DNA from: Octopus bimaculoides
Taxonomy: Eukaryota
Direction of reading: 5' to 3'
DNA: 64,000 bases
NCBI RefSeq assembly: GCF_001194135.2
Contig: NC_068989.1
Coordinates: 69,106,721 to 69,170,720, forward strand
A program made the translations under genes and the position numbers. Under the pieces are notes generated by a model. The model made no database searches, had not been told where the DNA came from, and saw nothing but the letters and a program-made list of their open reading frames with translations. Positions 60,142 through 64,000 of this stretch are shown piece after piece (the first letter of the stretch is position 1; each line of letters opens with the position of its first letter).

Positions 60142-63100
60142 TAATACAGTTTAACTGTACAAAGGCAGAAAGCATGCAGCATGGCTGAGTGGTTAAGAAA
60201 TTTAATTCATGACTACGTGGCTCTAGTCTCAATCCTACAGAATAGCATCTTTGTCCAAGGTGTTTCCCACCAAAGACACAGAGCGCTCAACACCTTCATA
60301 GTGGAATTTGGTGACTGGAAACACATCATTATGTGTACCTTTTAACATTGTACATCAAGAACACAGATTGTACCTTTTATCTTTGTATATTGAGAACACA
60401 GATTGGTATTTTTGAACAAAAATACCCAAAGGTTATTTTGTTTCACCCTTATGACGTAGACACTTCTTTGTCATACTCATTATAGTACATGCAGTGAATC
60501 CAAGAAGTGGCCTCATAGAAATTTGAAACAAACAATACTATTGGTCACAAAATGTGATATAAAAACAGGCCACTTAATACAATCATGTTTCATTCCTTAT
60601 AATTTCAAGTTCAAATCACATCAAAGTTAAAAACTTTCATCCTTTATCAGCAGCAGGAGGGTAACAGTAAATACTAGTAATATACTGAGGCAGGAAAGAT
60701 GAAACAATTTCTACCTTGGAGACTATTTTCAAATTTATAAAGAAAGACATGTACAGATATCATTATAGTAATGACAAGTACTTGTAAAGTTCAATTTTCA
60801 GTGGCAAATCGTGTCCATGAGCAGGACATTTTATTTCACACTGCCCCAGTCCACTCAGCTGGCAAAAATCAGTGGTACCTGTATTTCAAAGGGCCAGCCT
60901 TGTCTCACTCTGTCATGCTGAATCTCTATAATTTCTAATTTCTATACATTAAAAGTAAACTCCCAGTAGATAACACTCATAAGCTCATTTTAAATCCCAA
61001 ATTAGTCATTTCTTTCAACACCCCTCAAGAAAGCCATGAATATCACCCAATCTCTTTTCACTATTTCTTTCCTTCATGTCAAAAAATTTTTAAAATTTTT
61101 TAAAATAGATATTTCACATGGATGAAATACATTACAATGACTTAGAGCTTTAACATTTTATACACAAAAAAAACACAGCCATTTTCCTGATAGACATTGA
61201 GAGAGAGAGAGAGGTGCCAATTTGCATGAAATTTATTGTGATGTAATGAACAGAGGTTAGACATCATATTGCAAGATGCCCAAGGAAATGTCATTACGAA
61301 GACTATCCTTAAGGATGCATGCAAGAAAGAAATGGTCTGTCAGTGTTTCCACTAAATACCCAAGACATCAAAACTAATTATTAGCGTATCAAAACATATT
61401 AATATTCCAGCAGAAATGGTAAGGAGATAAGATTTTTCTCTCTTTTTCTGTTTAAAAAAAAAAATTGGACACTTTAATAGCCATTTACTCTTGCTGCTAT
61501 TTTGCAGCATTATTATTACAGCAGTGAGGCAAATCAATTCTTCATGTAAAATTTCCAAATTCAATTCCACCACTACTGCCACTTCAGTTTCTAATGCCAA
61601 AAGTTTACAGTAATCAAATGGTAATTGATTGATGATAGGATTTATCATGACGGCTCAATATAACCAATAATATATTATATTTAATCTCATCACAAGCTGA
61701 AAGGATAGACAAAGTATTTTTGAGAGTAGCTGGTTACAGACTGAAGCTTTATATTATAGACACACACATACATCTTAGAAAAAAGTGAAGAATATAATTT
61801 GAATTTGCTTCAACTATAATTGACAGAATCCACAGACATAAGAACTGTAACTGCAACTGAATCCACAAGCTTGGTAACTATAAATCAACAGACTTTGGAA
61901 CAATAATCAACAACAATTCAAGTATATATATGGATTTGGTTACAAAGAATAAAATGATCTTAAAAATGAATTGAAATGATCAACTAAAATGTAAACTGAT
62001 ATAATTACAATGTAACCTATCTTATATAGCTGCCAAACCTCAACTAACTTCCTACCATTTTAAAAGCAAGGCTCACCAGTTTTAAGTTCTGGTCATAGCT
62101 AAAATGTTGTTCAATCACAGAAGTTTGACTGGAAGTGACAGTTGTTATCTGTTCTTGAAGGGGCCGAACATACAAGTTGGCAAAAAGTATTTAATCAGCT
62201 CTCTCCTTTCTCTACAATCTGCTCAGAACTGACACAGATGATAACTACAAAAGGCATATATATATGAAGAAAGAACATCCAATAATTACATTTGGTGGAC
62301 AATAGGTCTATAACAAAGTCCTGGATTCTTCTATTTAAGAAGTGTATATCTATATTATCAATTTCTATCATTCTTCAAAATGGTAATAATATCTTTCTTA
62401 CTTTTTTGCAGCACTGATTAATTACAATTAGTTACTGGGGTCAACTAACTCCATTCCTTCGAAATTGCTAGCCTTGTGCTTAAATCATTAGGAGTTCAAA
62501 TCCCAATGAGGTCAACTTTGCCTTTCATTCTTCCAGGGTCAATAAAATAAAGTACCAGTGAAGTACTGGTGTTGAGGGTATCAACTAACACCCGCCCTTC
62601 AAAACTGCTGTCTTTATGCCAAAATCAGAAACCATTATTATTATCAGGAAAAAAATGCTTTACAACACTTCTGCTGGCTCTTTCTATTCTGAGTTCAAAT
62701 CCCACCAAGGTTTACTTAGCTTTTCATCCTTCTGGGAGCCATTAAATAAAGTACTAGTCAATAATATCGACTGAGCCCCTTGCCTCAAGACTGCCAGCCT
62801 TGTACCTAAACCAGAAACAATTATTAGAGGCAATGATTCAATAATAAACATCTTTAAATCTGATTAAAACTACATTCTTATTGCGACAATCACCAGCTAC
62901 AGTTTCTCCAAGAAGATGCAAACAGAAGAAATAATACAACAAAGAATTAATGAATTAAAATCAGCTCCTGCAGACTTGGCCAACAAATTGATGAAAGGAA
63001 AGGATGATAAACTGCCAATAGTAAAAATAAGTCAGTAAGTTATATTCCTGAAAATCTGTGCCAAAATAGGAATTATTCCAAGCTATTTTGAGATGTGGTC

Positions 63101-64000
63101 ATTAAACTTTGGACACTAATGGTAAGCTAGTTAACGTAAAAACACAAAACACTCTAGCATAAATATTTATCAGTTAGAAAAATGCTTAACATTTGTCACT
63201 TCTTTCTTCTAAAATTCACCTTCGTTATAGAATTATATACACATCTAGAATAGGATGTAAATAAGAAAATAATTAAATTTGGTCAGTGAAGAAATCAGAC
63301 GATAGAAAAGTGAAATAAATCATTTCTGTATTAGATTTACAAGGTTCTTGATGCAAAAATCATGCATTGAAACAGATTCTGTTGCATCTTGGGAGGTTCA
63401 TTATGCCAATAATGAATATGCTGGTTCTATATCACTTTTTATTATTTTTAGTCAATAGTTAATCATTTAATCAATTAACTCCTTGATTGTTTGATTAATC
63501 ATTCGGTCAATCAATCAATCAGACACCTTTCATTGATATTCGTAACCTCATCAATGATATGTCCTCTCTATTCCAGGTCTGTCTCTGAGTTTGCAGATTC
63601 TGTATTTCTATTTATGGAGATGTGAGAATGAGTGAAAAAAAGAGAAAACAAGAGAGAGAGAGAATGCGTGTCCGTGTGTGCACATGCACATCTGTGTGGC
63701 ATGATGTGGAGTCTGCAAGTGTGTGAGAGAAAATGTGCATGTTAAAATAAATAAAACAACAATAATTCATCAATAGCTGCTGGTTAGAAATTCATCAATA
63801 TGGCTAAACTGACTGGCAGTGTGGAGGAGATAAAACACCAAGTCAACAGCTCAACACAGATGTTTGATCAGTGGTGTGTCATCAACATGAGGAAATTAGA
63901 AAGAAAAAAAAATTAATTAAATGTAATTTGATCAAGTGTCCAGAATTGCAAAGGAATATATAGAATAATTAATGAATGTGGATTTGAAGTCAAGGAAATA

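Noticed and set aside
62077-62244. Minus-strand AG...GTGAGC segment as a missing UBE2O 5' exon
   Set aside because: Stop codons in all three frames and no similarity to the expected CR1-region sequence.

Overview
AT-rich, repeat-dense animal genomic DNA. The SINE/RTE/MITE repertoire and TTAGGG repeats point to Octopus (inference). There are 8 assembly gaps: 3621-4277, 5823-5855, 16804-17190, 18262-18333, 32096-32654, 37154-37844, 53509-53518 and 59783-59792. The main gene is UBE2O (E2/E3 hybrid ubiquitin ligase) on the minus strand. I assembled 18 GT-AG exons by hand from 56304 down to the stop at 18671 (3630 nt, 1209 aa, all phases consistent, catalytic Cys intact); its 5' exons were not found and probably lie beyond 64000. 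A probable first coding exon of a second minus-strand gene sits at 5019-5139. The rest is decayed mobile DNA: mariner/maT, CR1, Tx1/L1, RTE, CRE-type, two Penelope-like elements, tRNA-derived SINEs and MITEs. The most interesting object is a 2.5-kb element at 26319-28820, antisense in a UBE2O intron. It has two 211-bp direct repeats, each with a minimal type I hammerhead-ribozyme fold, flanking a LINE-ORF1/Gag-like CCHC zinc-knuckle ORF with no reverse transcriptase. This is the layout expected of a protein-coding, retrozyme-like element replicating through a 2291-nt self-cleaved (possibly circular) RNA; that reading is inference and untested. Also notable are a MITE carrying a (TTAGGG)n array and two tandem LC8-type motifs in UBE2O.
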